Origin: a virus
Taxonomy: Duplodnaviria > Caudoviricetes
DNA length: 64,000 nt
Reading direction: 5' to 3' (one strand)
Virus record (IMG/VR): IMGVR_UViG_3300020264_000005
Coordinates: 1-64,000 of that record
Part shown: piece by piece, positions 20,706 through 30,478 of the stretch
How positions within the stretch are numbered: position 1 is the first letter of the stretch
Layout of the letters: each line of letters starts with the position of its first letter
Program-made: the position numbers and the translations under genes
Notes under the pieces: model-generated
Databases searched by the model: none
What the model saw: only the letters and a program-made list of their open reading frames with translations
What the model was told of the DNA's origin: nothing

Positions 20706-23700
20706 ATGACGTATTCATACTCAAACACCCCGTTATATGTTTCAGAGGGTGATTATATTCAGTTTAAGTTTAAAGCACCCCCAGCGTGGGACTTTACTCA
20801 GACTATTACTGTACAGATTGGTGACCTAACTCAATTCTGGTTGATTTCGACCATCCCTGAGGATTTCACACCTGATCCATATCCATTAGCACCTGTTGAT
20901 GATGCTGAACTCAACACGATGTACACTTATGCTGATGGATCTAGAGCAGGTGAGAGCATCATTACGATTACAGGACTAACACCAACAACTCAGGCACCTA
21001 TTCAGCTGAGTTCTAACATCATTGGTGATGCATCTAAGTGGTCTTTACGTATTGATTATGATGGTGATGGCAACTGGGATACTGGATGGATTCAGACTAA
21101 TGGTACACAGACTGTAGAGAATGGTGCCAAACTCCAGATCAGAGGAACTACCAGTCAGTTCAATGGTCAAAAACTTAGACTTAACTTGGTTGTTGGTACT
21201 GCAAATGAAGAGTGGGTAGTAACAAACAAACCAGAACCTGCTAACGAACCAGTACCATTCCCAGTATTTACTGACCTAACTGACTTAGAGACAAATACAT
21301 ATGCATACTCTGAAGTTATTAGAATTCAGGGATTGAATGCGCCAGGTCTAATTGCAACTAGTGGTATTGGACAATATGCGCTTTCACCTAACAATAATAC
21401 CACAACAAATTCATTAGGTTTTGATGTATTAGATAATGTTACGTGGACAGGAACCAATGGTACTGTAAATAATGGTGACTATCTGCAGTTAAGGATATTC
21501 ACATCAGGTTCTGGACTGACAGCATCACAAACAGAATTGAGTATTGGTGATATTTCTGGCGGATCAACGTGGACTGTTACCACTGGTCCTAACTTATCTA
21601 CATCACCAAATGCATTTAGTTTTACTGACGTTGCTAATGCTGCTGCAGACGCACTCATAGGATCTGATGAACAACCAAGTGTTGGTATTGGTGGTTTAGG
21701 TGCAGGAGTTGTTGTTCCTGTTGAGGTTGTATCTACAACTGCATCTCTTGTTAGAGTTAAGAAGAACAATGATTCTATTGGTGTATTCCCAACAAATGTA
21801 GAAAATGGTGATAAGTTAACCATTTACTTACAATCAAGTGCAACGTTCGGTGCTTCTGAAGAACTACAGATTAAGGTTGGTTCACGTACTATTCCAACAT
21901 GGACTGTTGTAACTAATAGTGGACCAGATACTAATGCTGCATTCTTACCACCAGCAGATAGAAACAATCAACCACCAGATACTTTTGTTTCCAGTGCTCC
22001 TGTAACTATCAGTGGTATTAACCAACCAATTACTATTGAATCTATCAGTGGATATAATGCACTGATCTCTATTGACTTTGATACACCAGTAGAAGGACCA
22101 AGAACATTTGATCCTGCAGTCAATAGTAGTTTCTATCTTATCATTAAGAGTGCTTCACAGTTGAGTACACCAGAGGTTACACAAATCAAAGTTGGTACTG
22201 GTACAATCAACAACCCATTCACATGGACAGTGACAACATACGCTGTTGCACCACCACCAGCAACTAATCTAGGTAAGTGGTATAGTAATAAGACTGAGAA
22301 GTTTGATGGTTATCCTATCGGCACAGTTCTTCCTGTATTGAAAGTGGGAGCAGCAGCAGGATATGGTAATCTTGATGGACAACTTGGTAGTAGATATGCT
22401 GGATTCATTGAATGTGAAGGTCAGCAACTAGATGCTGATCAGTATTGGGCATTGTTTGATATGATTGGCAATACCTATGGTGGTTCAGGCAGTAAGAACG
22501 TTGACGTTAATGGTGTTGCAACATATACTGGTACGTTTAATCTTCCTGACTACAGAAATAGAAGACTATGTGGTATTGGATTGGTTGATTCTGGTAGAGG
22601 TAACTCTGCATTCCTACCTGTATCTACATCTGGCAAAGGTATCAACGATGTTGGTGCTGAGGGTGGATACTGGTACTTTGATAAAGTTGACTCGTTTGGT
22701 GTACAACCACTGGAACAGATTCAGGGACCATCTACAAGTCAGACAGGACTTAATTCTCAGTTCTTCTCTCTTGGTACTGTGAGATTGCAAGGACTAGAAA
22801 CTGTAGAGGATTCAGTTGGTTTTACTATTTCTGGTCTAGTTACTGCACAGATTGGACCACTAGCATCTATTCCAATTGCAGCACCTGAGCATAACCATGC
22901 ATATATTGCTGCTGTAACTGAAAGTGATGGAGGTGAAGCATTGATTAGATGGGGTCCACCTGCTGGTCGTGGTATGTTTAAAACTGGTGCTAATCCAGGT
23001 CCTACAGAACAAGGCGCTACTAGTATTGGTGACGGAGAAGGATCAGCAGCAAACGCACGTGCAGCATGGGTATCATGGTTGAATAGTTTGGGACAATTCC
23101 AACAGGAATTGAAGGTATATTATGGTAACACATTCTCCATGGAAACGTGGGTTGCTGCTAACTTACCAGCTGGTTATCCAGTTAACGAAGAATATCCTAC
23201 CAATGGATCTACTGACTTCGGTCCAACTGCACAAGACCAGAATGTAACAGTTGACTTCCTAACATGGTGGATCTCACCTGTTTCTGCATATGCTGGTGCT
23301 GTGCTACAACCAACTGGTGCAGGTGGTGGTAATGATTGTGCTGCTGTTGTTGATACACAACCATCAACATTCAGAATTGATCCATATGCTCCTGTTGGTG
23401 GACAGACACTAACACATGCTCACTTATTAACAGAGAGTCCTGTTGGTGATCCTAACTCAGACTTTACTGGTGGTAATGTATCTGGTGTTGGTACATCTGG
23501 CGCACCATTTGGATCTGGTCTAGGTGGTGGTGTCAGTGGATCACTACAAACATTCCAATTGTGGGAGAGAAGAACCATCGACTCATTGTTGCCTGATGGT
23601 GGTAGATGGACTAACAGATCTATTAACGAATGGGCATATCGTCTAACAAATGGTGACGGTTACTGGACAAGTCCTGATGATGAGGTTACAATTGATTGTC

Positions 23701-24140
23701 CTATGACTTATTCTCCACAAGATACTGGTAATCAGAACGGTAGTGGAATGATTCTAAACATCACATTCACACCATATCCTAGTGTTAATGGTGGTAATCC
23801 AGTTGGTGATACCAGATACAGAGTTAACTTGATTGTTAATGCTGGACAGAACTATGAGGTTGGTGATGAACTATCAACTCAATTCTGGAATGACTTTGGT
23901 GGATCTGGTGATATTATGTTTAAGATTACTGCTGTTGCTCCTGCTGGTACTGGTGGTGCTGCTCCTGCTATCCAACTATCATTCACTCAGAGTGAAATCT
24001 TTATGGATATGGAAGAGGCAGAGTTTAAACTTCAGAGTAACTTTAAGAAACCATTCCCTTCTGTTACAATGAGACCACAGCGACAAGTCCCAATCCTCAA
24101 CCCATTCCAGAAGACTAAATACGTTATCAAAGCTTACTAA
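20706..24140 (+). CDS. Tail fibre protein with four N-terminal Ig-like repeats and a collar domain
   Basis: Four P..F.F.D...I.GL-type repeats, then PIGTVLP...GFIECEGQ...Y.ALF..IGNTYGG...FNLPDYR collar motif; C-terminal PFQKTKYVIKAY. Start set at ATG20706. Confidence 0.8.
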   Translation: MTYSYSNTPLYVSEGDYIQFKFKAPPAWDFTQTITVQIGDLTQFWLISTIPEDFTPDPYPLAPVDDAELNTMYTYADGSRAGESIITITGLTPTTQAPIQLSSNIIGDASKWSLRIDYDGDGNWDTGWIQTNGTQTVENGAKLQIRGTTSQFNGQKLRLNLVVGTANEEWVVTNKPEPANEPVPFPVFTDLTDLETNTYAYSEVIRIQGLNAPGLIATSGIGQYALSPNNNTTTNSLGFDVLDNVTWTGTNGTVNNGDYLQLRIFTSGSGLTASQTELSIGDISGGSTWTVTTGPNLSTSPNAFSFTDVANAAADALIGSDEQPSVGIGGLGAGVVVPVEVVSTTASLVRVKKNNDSIGVFPTNVENGDKLTIYLQSSATFGASEELQIKVGSRTIPTWTVVTNSGPDTNAAFLPPADRNNQPPDTFVSSAPVTISGINQPITIESISGYNALISIDFDTPVEGPRTFDPAVNSSFYLIIKSASQLSTPEVTQIKVGTGTINNPFTWTVTTYAVAPPPATNLGKWYSNKTEKFDGYPIGTVLPVLKVGAAAGYGNLDGQLGSRYAGFIECEGQQLDADQYWALFDMIGNTYGGSGSKNVDVNGVATYTGTFNLPDYRNRRLCGIGLVDSGRGNSAFLPVSTSGKGINDVGAEGGYWYFDKVDSFGVQPLEQIQGPSTSQTGLNSQFFSLGTVRLQGLETVEDSVGFTISGLVTAQIGPLASIPIAAPEHNHAYIAAVTESDGGEALIRWGPPAGRGMFKTGANPGPTEQGATSIGDGEGSAANARAAWVSWLNSLGQFQQELKVYYGNTFSMETWVAANLPAGYPVNEEYPTNGSTDFGPTAQDQNVTVDFLTWWISPVSAYAGAVLQPTGAGGGNDCAAVVDTQPSTFRIDPYAPVGGQTLTHAHLLTESPVGDPNSDFTGGNVSGVGTSGAPFGSGLGGGVSGSLQTFQLWERRTIDSLLPDGGRWTNRSINEWAYRLTNGDGYWTSPDDEVTIDCPMTYSPQDTGNQNGSGMILNITFTPYPSVNGGNPVGDTRYRVNLIVNAGQNYEVGDELSTQFWNDFGGSGDIMFKITAVAPAGTGGAAPAIQLSFTQSEIFMDMEEAEFKLQSNFKKPFPSVTMRPQRQVPILNPFQKTKYVIKAY
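24115..24121 (+). promoter_or_regulatory. Candidate late promoter CTAAATA
   Basis: 20 nt upstream of the 2OG oxygenase start, inside the end of the upstream gene. Confidence 0.45.
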
Positions 24141-24141
24141 T

Positions 24142-24831
24142 ATGACTGGCATTCCTGATTATAGACCTCTTGAATTGATGCTTGATCCGAATATCACCAA
24201 AGTCGAATTCAACGACTTTATTGGTGTGTGGCCTAATTTTATGCCACGACCATTGTGTGATACTATCATCAATTATACTAAACGAGTCGCAGATATGGGT
24301 GTGACTGTGAACTATGACCCTGATATGGACCAAGCAGCGGACGATCTTGGTTTACTTGAGGACAGTGAGACTGTATTCAAATCAGAAGAATTTTACGGTG
24401 GTGCTCTCAACAGAAAAGATTTCGCATTTCTGTTGAACTATTCAAATAGAGATCTGGTTACACAAATCAATCAGATTCTTAAATCATGTGCTAAACATTA
24501 TATTAATGAATATCAAGCACTGAAGTCAGTGCCACTGGTATCTACTGATATCAAAGTGCAAGTAACTCCGCCTGGTGGTGGTTATCATTTGTGGCACCAT
24601 GAGGCAGGAGATCTATCACATGCACATAGAGATCTTGTGTGGATGATTTACCTTAATGATATGCCTGATGGTGAGGCAGAGACTGAGTTTTTGTACCAGC
24701 GTAGAAGAATCAAACCAACTGCAGGCACTGTTGTTATCTGGCCAGGTGCATTTACTCACACCCACAAGGGCAATACAGTTCTTACACAGGATAAATATAT
24801 AGTGACAGGATGGTACATCAAAGGTAAGTAA
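24142..24831 (+). CDS. 2OG-Fe(II) oxygenase
   Basis: GYHLWHHE (HxE), WMIYLND..GEAETEF, THTHKGN, KYIVTGW. Confidence 0.9.
   Translation: MTGIPDYRPLELMLDPNITKVEFNDFIGVWPNFMPRPLCDTIINYTKRVADMGVTVNYDPDMDQAADDLGLLEDSETVFKSEEFYGGALNRKDFAFLLNYSNRDLVTQINQILKSCAKHYINEYQALKSVPLVSTDIKVQVTPPGGGYHLWHHEAGDLSHAHRDLVWMIYLNDMPDGEAETEFLYQRRRIKPTAGTVVIWPGAFTHTHKGNTVLTQDKYIVTGWYIKGK
24791..24797 (+). promoter_or_regulatory. Candidate late promoter ATAAATA
   Basis: 37 nt upstream of ORF 24835. Confidence 0.4.
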
Positions 24832-24834
24832 TCC

Positions 24835-25752
24835 ATGGAAGAAAGATCACTACTCATTGAAGCAGACTTTTTGAATGGGTCTTTCAGTGAGGAACAATCA
24901 TCAGCACTATACAGTGCTGGTAAATCTGCTAGAAGATTTAAAGTTGACAAAGAACTAATTGCAAAGTTCTTTGATACTCAGATTGATGAGTTCTGGCACT
25001 CAGATAAAGATAGACTTGAATACTTCCAGTATTTCAGTGATGGTGGATACTTCTGTCAAAGAAGAAAACTTGTGTATGATTTCAAGACTGAATCATCATA
25101 CAGGAAGGTATATTCATTCACTGGTGCTACCTCAGCACAAGCACAAGAACTATTCAAGAAGTGTCAAGATTTCTTCTATGTTGTAAATGAAGTCAAGAAC
25201 CTCAAGGTAGAGGAGAAAGTCAAAGAGATTGATAGTAGTGTTGTCTTCTGGGAGCAGAGATGGCGTAAACTTATCAGACAGAGAAATAATATGCTAGGAC
25301 TATCTGACTGGAGAGTTCTACCTGATATTGCAGAGAGATATGATGGTGAGAAAGCAGACTGGGTTAAGTGGAGACAATGGTTACGTGACTACACTGTACC
25401 TTCACCAACTGATGCTATGTTTGAAGGATCAGGTTTGAAGTATTTTAAATACACATTTGATCTCAAGTTCCCTATCGATCCATCAAATTATAGAAAACTA
25501 TATGATGGTGTAGAGAATCCTCCTGCATTCATGGATGAAAATGATGCTGACCAGTGGGTCAAGCATGACTCTGAAGCAAGTACAGACTTCTGGAAGAGCA
25601 GAGAAGAGAACATGTACAGACTTGCTACTCGTGGTCTACCTGAAAGCAAGAAAGTTACAGAGAATGTTCTACGCCTCATGCGTGAACTAGAGGTAGATGA
25701 CATCATCCCAGTTGATTGGAGTAAGTATCACACTGATGAAAATGAACTATGA
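24835..25752 (+). CDS. Protein with a tail fibre assembly chaperone domain
   Basis: RNNML..SDW..LPD.....W..WRQ.LRD motif typical of phage tail assembly chaperones. Confidence 0.75.
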   Translation: MEERSLLIEADFLNGSFSEEQSSALYSAGKSARRFKVDKELIAKFFDTQIDEFWHSDKDRLEYFQYFSDGGYFCQRRKLVYDFKTESSYRKVYSFTGATSAQAQELFKKCQDFFYVVNEVKNLKVEEKVKEIDSSVVFWEQRWRKLIRQRNNMLGLSDWRVLPDIAERYDGEKADWVKWRQWLRDYTVPSPTDAMFEGSGLKYFKYTFDLKFPIDPSNYRKLYDGVENPPAFMDENDADQWVKHDSEASTDFWKSREENMYRLATRGLPESKKVTENVLRLMRELEVDDIIPVDWSKYHTDENEL

Positions 25753-26237
25753 TACGTGAAATTGATTTACTAGATAATGAACAACTATCATACATCACAC
25801 GATACTTCAAATACTTAGAGTTTGAAGACGGTAAGAAAAGCAATCCAGAAGCAAAGAACAAAACCTGCTCCACAGTATATGGTGGGGTGGGTGCTCGTGA
25901 TCTGAATATGTATTGTGGACAGATCATAGAAAATAAACTAAAATCATTTGCATCAGCACTATCACAGATATACTTTGTCAAGTATGATGTGGGTGGACAG
26001 TATGAAGATCATTACGATTCTAACCCATGTGGTGGTGTTAGACCAGATTATAGTATGACATGTTTTCTCAGTGATGATTATGAGGGTGGTGAGTTAGTCA
26101 TTACAACTGATGATGGTGAGGTAGAAATTAAACTACCCAAGGGTAAAGCAGTAATTTATCCTGGCAATTTACTACACAGAGTTAACATGGTGACCTCTGG
26201 TAGGAGAGATGTATTCTTAGCATGGTTACAAAAATGA
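25749..26237 (+). CDS. PKHD-type 2OG-Fe(II) oxygenase
   Basis: Y..G..Y..HYD, DDYEGGEL, LHRVNMVTSGRR. Confidence 0.9.
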   Translation: MIREIDLLDNEQLSYITRYFKYLEFEDGKKSNPEAKNKTCSTVYGGVGARDLNMYCGQIIENKLKSFASALSQIYFVKYDVGGQYEDHYDSNPCGGVRPDYSMTCFLSDDYEGGELVITTDDGEVEIKLPKGKAVIYPGNLLHRVNMVTSGRRDVFLAWLQK

Positions 26238-26746
26238 GAGAGTTTAAAAAATTCAATGACTTCTTTGATAAAGAATCTCATGAGAAGATCAAGAATGATA
26301 TGCAGCAATCAGGGTGGAAGTTTGGTCATGGATCATATCCGCCAGGTGATCGCAGACGTAGATATCCATTCTGGATCTATGAACTGAAGGACAATCCATA
26401 CTACACTGATTATCTTCTAAATATCATTAAGGAAAAAACCCAGCAAGATTATGAACTATATGATGTGTATGCCAACGGGCATACATTTGGAACACAGGGT
26501 GATTTCCACGTTGACTGGTATGATGAGAGCGAGAGAACATTTCTCTACTACGCTAATGATAACTGGAGACCAGAATATCTCGGTAAGACTATCTTTGACT
26601 TAGGTGGAGATGAACACTATTATTATCTCCCCAAAGGTAACTCTGCTGTTATGTTCAATGGCATGATTCCACACATGTCAGAAGGTTGCTCCAGAGCATT
26701 TACTGGACTACGTGTAACAATTGCTTGGAAACTACTACTCAGATGA
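26234..26746 (+). CDS. 2OG-Fe(II) oxygenase
   Basis: YANG...G.FHVD, FNGMIPH, LRVTIAWK; ATGA coupling sets the start at 26234. Confidence 0.85.
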   Translation: MREFKKFNDFFDKESHEKIKNDMQQSGWKFGHGSYPPGDRRRRYPFWIYELKDNPYYTDYLLNIIKEKTQQDYELYDVYANGHTFGTQGDFHVDWYDESERTFLYYANDNWRPEYLGKTIFDLGGDEHYYYLPKGNSAVMFNGMIPHMSEGCSRAFTGLRVTIAWKLLLR

Positions 26747-27090
26747 ACAACTACAACACCTTCTACTTTGATAATTTCATTGAGAGATATGCTGCTCAGA
26801 TAGGTAAGCCTGTGCTCTATCTAAGATCAACTGGTTGGAATACTAGTTCTAATGTTGATGCTATCAATGCATCATACGCATTGTACAAGGACATTCTGCC
26901 AGGTGATTTGTGGACAGCATTAAAGAACTCAGAGCATGTATTCTGTGAGATTGATGATGATGTTGCTGATACTATGGAGTGGTGTGGTGATAATCTTCCT
27001 GCATCACAGGCATCAACTACAACACCAGAGAATTATATCTTCTATTCTCTTGTTAATGCTGAAGGACAACAACTAGCGAGCAACGAATAA
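26743..27090 (+). CDS. Hypothetical protein
   Basis: ORF coupled at both ends (ATGA, TAATG). Confidence 0.75.
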   Translation: MNNYNTFYFDNFIERYAAQIGKPVLYLRSTGWNTSSNVDAINASYALYKDILPGDLWTALKNSEHVFCEIDDDVADTMEWCGDNLPASQASTTTPENYIFYSLVNAEGQQLASNE

Positions 27091-27968
27091 TGATCTTTAC
27101 AGAAGACTTTAATATCTCTGATAAGTATCGCTTGTCTGATGGTGAGAAAGTAGCAACTGTTGAGATGATGCCAGCAAGGTTTACCATCCTCAAGAGTTTT
27201 GACTACGGTCCTAACATTGATGCTGATACACACGAGGCAATCAAAAAGTATTTTGACTTTAAGCAAAAGCATACAAATGATCCAAACTATGGATTTGATA
27301 ATGATTTGTATGTCTATCACCTAGATGGTGTGTTCCAAGAGTTCTTTTGCAAGAAGTTCTACACATATAGCAGTACAGCAGCAAATCCATACACTTGGAA
27401 ACTATTTGTTGATAGTGTTGGACAACCCAAACTATATCAAACACTAGGTCATATCAATAAACTGACTAGTGTCACTGATTCTACTGTTACCAACTTCAAT
27501 GGTATATCAATTGCACCAGGCGGTGATCTAATCAGCATTAGAGTATATGACTCATCATATGATCTCGATGAACTATCAGATAACGACTTCTTAAGTAGAG
27601 TCAATGAGATTCCTGCTGGTCGTCCTGATATGTGTAGAGGAACAATTGATGTGTATCCTGATAAGGACACGATTACATATCGATTGAACTTTAAATATCC
27701 TAAGTTTTTTGACGATAACTATAAAGGCAAGGGAGTTCTCAGGTATAGTGCAGACACTAGAGAACTTGCTGATTCATACTTGGATCTATTATCACGTGAC
27801 GATGGTGTACAAGTATTGACAGCAGATCAAGTAGCATTCATTCAATCTAAACTACAGGGACAACAATACTTTAACCTTGAGTTTGATGTCAACCCTGATG
27901 GGACAGTTGAAGAAGTGTATGCCTATGTCCAACGTGTCTTTGAATTTGAAGACTTGACAACCCAGTGA
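27090..27968 (+). CDS. Hypothetical protein
   Basis: 292-aa ORF within the operon. Confidence 0.8.
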   Translation: MIFTEDFNISDKYRLSDGEKVATVEMMPARFTILKSFDYGPNIDADTHEAIKKYFDFKQKHTNDPNYGFDNDLYVYHLDGVFQEFFCKKFYTYSSTAANPYTWKLFVDSVGQPKLYQTLGHINKLTSVTDSTVTNFNGISIAPGGDLISIRVYDSSYDLDELSDNDFLSRVNEIPAGRPDMCRGTIDVYPDKDTITYRLNFKYPKFFDDNYKGKGVLRYSADTRELADSYLDLLSRDDGVQVLTADQVAFIQSKLQGQQYFNLEFDVNPDGTVEEVYAYVQRVFEFEDLTTQ

Positions 27969-27982
27969 CCCTCTGATAAGAT
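27954..27982 (+). promoter_or_regulatory. Sigma70-type promoter TTGACA-N17-TAAGAT
   Basis: Consensus -35, 17-nt spacer, ATG 8 nt after the -10 box. Confidence 0.75.
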
Positions 27983-27990
27983 ATCATCAC

Positions 27991-28191
27991 ATGAATAATA
28001 TGATCATGGAAGTGCCTGACGCTGACCAATTGAAGCATCTACAGATACAAGCGATGCTACGTGAAAACAATTTTCCAGAAGATGAATTAAAATATATTGG
28101 TGAACGTGATGGTCAGCACTACTATCTCATAGCAGGTGAGCATGAAGTTCCTGTATCTGACATTATTAGCTGCGATCAAATAACAGAATGA
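27991..28191 (+). CDS. Hypothetical protein
   Basis: ORF directly after the promoter; ATGA-coupled to the next gene. Confidence 0.75.
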   Translation: MNNMIMEVPDADQLKHLQIQAMLRENNFPEDELKYIGERDGQHYYLIAGEHEVPVSDIISCDQITE

Positions 28192-29306
28192 AGAAGAAAA
28201 TAGCAATCGTGGGTGCTGGTAATGCTGGATGCATGACCGCACTTAACTTCGGATACTATGGTAAAGAACTGTTTGAGATCGATATGTATTACGATCCAAA
28301 CATTCCTATTGAGAAAGTAGGACAGTCTACCACACCTGATGTACTGCAGTTGATCTCTGCCAGTATGAATATGGACTGGTGGAACAATGACATTGGTGCA
28401 ACACTTAAACTTGGCATCTTGTATGAGAACTGGGGACAGAAGCAGAAGCATATCTACCACAAGTTCTTCATGGATAGTATTGCATGTCACTTCCAGACAT
28501 CTAAACTATCACAGAAAGTAAGAGAATCACAGTATGTGAATGTTATTGAACAGAAGATTGTTAACCCTGAGGTAGAGATTGATGCTGATTACATTTTTGA
28601 TTGCAGAGGCAAGTCTGAGAATGATTATGAGAACTATCACAGACTCACCAACCCACATAATTCAGCAATTATTGCATTTGCAGATGGAAGGGACGTAGAT
28701 CTAACACATACTAAATGTGCTGCCACACCTAATGGTTGGACATTTGTTATCCCTAATCAGGATAGTATCTCATATGGTTATCTCTACAATGATCTTATCA
28801 CTAGCAAAGAGGATGCTAAAGCAGATTTCCTCGACAGGTTTGATATTGTAGAGAGTGACATTGATGGTTACCTCAGTTTCCAGAATTATATTGCTAAGTC
28901 AATGTTCTATGGTGAGCGTACCATTCTAAATGGTAATCGATTCGCATTCCTAGAACCATTGGAAGCAACATCAACTACATTCTATCGTAATGTTGCTGGT
29001 CATGCATGGGAACACATTGTTGATGGTAAACCAAAGTATGCATGTGACAGTGATGTTTTCAAGTACATGAAACAACTTGAAACATTCATTCTATGGCACT
29101 ATCAGTTCGGATCTGCCTTCGATACTCCATTCTGGGAGTATGCCAAGGGTTTGCCATTCAATCCAGATGCTGATTTCCTCAAATATCGGGATGCTGCCAT
29201 CGAAATGGATTATCCCATGCTAAACTCAAGAGGATTCGCTGGTCAAGAGTATGGCATCTGGCCTCGCATGTCCTTCAAACAATGGCATGAAGGGGTCAAT
29301 CATTAA
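28188..29306 (+). CDS. Flavin-dependent (tryptophan halogenase/PrnA-like) oxidoreductase
   Basis: GAGNAG Rossmann motif, VGQST, TLKLG (position of the catalytic Lys), FDCRG, GWTFVIP, FLEPLEAT. Confidence 0.85.
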   Translation: MKKKIAIVGAGNAGCMTALNFGYYGKELFEIDMYYDPNIPIEKVGQSTTPDVLQLISASMNMDWWNNDIGATLKLGILYENWGQKQKHIYHKFFMDSIACHFQTSKLSQKVRESQYVNVIEQKIVNPEVEIDADYIFDCRGKSENDYENYHRLTNPHNSAIIAFADGRDVDLTHTKCAATPNGWTFVIPNQDSISYGYLYNDLITSKEDAKADFLDRFDIVESDIDGYLSFQNYIAKSMFYGERTILNGNRFAFLEPLEATSTTFYRNVAGHAWEHIVDGKPKYACDSDVFKYMKQLETFILWHYQFGSAFDTPFWEYAKGLPFNPDADFLKYRDAAIEMDYPMLNSRGFAGQEYGIWPRMSFKQWHEGVNH

Positions 29307-29374
29307 GAAATTGTGAGATCTGCCACTTTTGCCCCTCTGATCTACTAAAATAACGGAGTCAGCACTAAAGCACC

Positions 29375-29566
29375 ATGGATTGGGACAAGACAACCAAGCA
29401 CGAGAAACGCAAAGATGCATTCTACATCTTTTACGAGAGTGTCCTCAAACCAGACCATGAATTGCGTGAGGACGCACATGAACAGAAATGTTATCATGAA
29501 TTGCTTGAGTGGCGTGGTGAAATTATTGAGTATCTAGATAAACGTCGTAACGAAGAATTCCAATGA
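29375..29566 (+). CDS. Hypothetical protein
   Basis: ORF, ATGA-coupled to the next gene. Confidence 0.75.
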   Translation: MDWDKTTKHEKRKDAFYIFYESVLKPDHELREDAHEQKCYHELLEWRGEIIEYLDKRRNEEFQ

Positions 29567-29805
29567 CCTCAACACCTGATCAATCCTATGACTACAAAAA
29601 AGAGTATGCAATCCAACGCAAAGATCGTATGCAGGATGCTATCGATGATTACCTCCAAGATGAATCGGTTGACGCCCGAAGAATATATGAGGAGATGCTA
29701 TCTTGCATCGATGATGTGATCCACTATCACAAACGTCATCTTGATCGTGCTCAAGGACTTCGTTCACTGATGCAAGGTTACAGACACATTCCAGAGAGAT
29801 TCTAG
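29563..29805 (+). CDS. Hypothetical protein
   Basis: Coupled ORF. Confidence 0.75.
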   Translation: MTSTPDQSYDYKKEYAIQRKDRMQDAIDDYLQDESVDARRIYEEMLSCIDDVIHYHKRHLDRAQGLRSLMQGYRHIPERF

Positions 29806-29806
29806 T

Positions 29807-30016
29807 ATGGATGAAAAGACCAGACTGCTCATGGCATCAATGCAAATCAACAATGTCATGAAACTCACCCGCGACAACAAGTGGGAGAAGTATTTACATC
29901 AACACCTATCCGTGGTAGAATATGAACTCCAACGACAACTCCACAACATCAACGCAAATGAACGAAGAGGACTTCAAGTCAGCGGTGCAAAACATCCTGA
30001 TGCTGCAGAACAATAA
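29807..30016 (+). CDS. Hypothetical protein
   Basis: Starts 1 nt after the previous stop. Confidence 0.65.
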   Translation: MDEKTRLLMASMQINNVMKLTRDNKWEKYLHQHLSVVEYELQRQLHNINANERRGLQVSGAKHPDAAEQ

Positions 30017-30155
30017 CGATCACAACTTTCAGATCCTGCAAAAGCAAATTGATAACTTGCAGACGCAACTGAATGAACTGAACGATCTTAAGCAGATGTT
30101 CAGACTTCCCAACCCAGCAAATGCAAACAGGAAATTGTTTGATGAAAAAGAGTAA
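29958..30155 (+). CDS. Hypothetical coiled-coil protein
   Basis: MNEEDFKSAVQ..., with heptad-like LQKQIDNLQTQLNEL. Confidence 0.65.
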   Translation: MNEEDFKSAVQNILMLQNNNDHNFQILQKQIDNLQTQLNELNDLKQMFRLPNPANANRKLFDEKE

Positions 30156-30438
30156 TTTTGAATTGCTCCAACCAGTAGAATACCACGGTATCACTGGTTA
30201 TATTGGATTCATTAGTGAGTATTACATCACTATTGTATACAAAGACATCCCATTGCCTAAGAGTGCTAACTCACGGTGGGGTCGTCACTACTGTTCTATT
30301 GTTGTTTACCCTAATTTTTGGAATGAAGTACGCTGTTGTCTGGATGAAGCAGAAAAAGAAGAGCACAAGCCGCCAAGAAGCGATCTTCTACAATTTGGAC
30401 GATGCCGCTCTGTGGGAGCAGCATATAAACAAAACTGA
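30142..30438 (+). CDS. Hypothetical protein (SH3/KOW-like VEYHGITGYIGFI)
   Basis: ORF overlapping both neighbours. Confidence 0.6.
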   Translation: MKKSNFELLQPVEYHGITGYIGFISEYYITIVYKDIPLPKSANSRWGRHYCSIVVYPNFWNEVRCCLDEAEKEEHKPPRSDLLQFGRCRSVGAAYKQN

Positions 30439-30478
30439 GCACGTCAAGACTAACATCATTCCTATTTTCTCAGAGTGA
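30323..30478 (+). CDS. Hypothetical protein (MKYAVVWMK...)
   Basis: ATG30323; stop codon coupled to the start of the next gene. Confidence 0.6.
   Translation: MKYAVVWMKQKKKSTSRQEAIFYNLDDAALWEQHINKTEHVKTNIIPIFSE

Noticed and set aside
16006-24140. Diversity-generating retroelement acting on the fibre genes
   Set aside because: No reverse transcriptase and no template/variable repeat pair differing only at adenines; the repeats are diverged protein modules
29295-29351. Possible 13th promoter cassette before ORF 29375
   Set aside because: A TAAAAT -10 box is present, but the upstream arms do not fit the N10 palindrome
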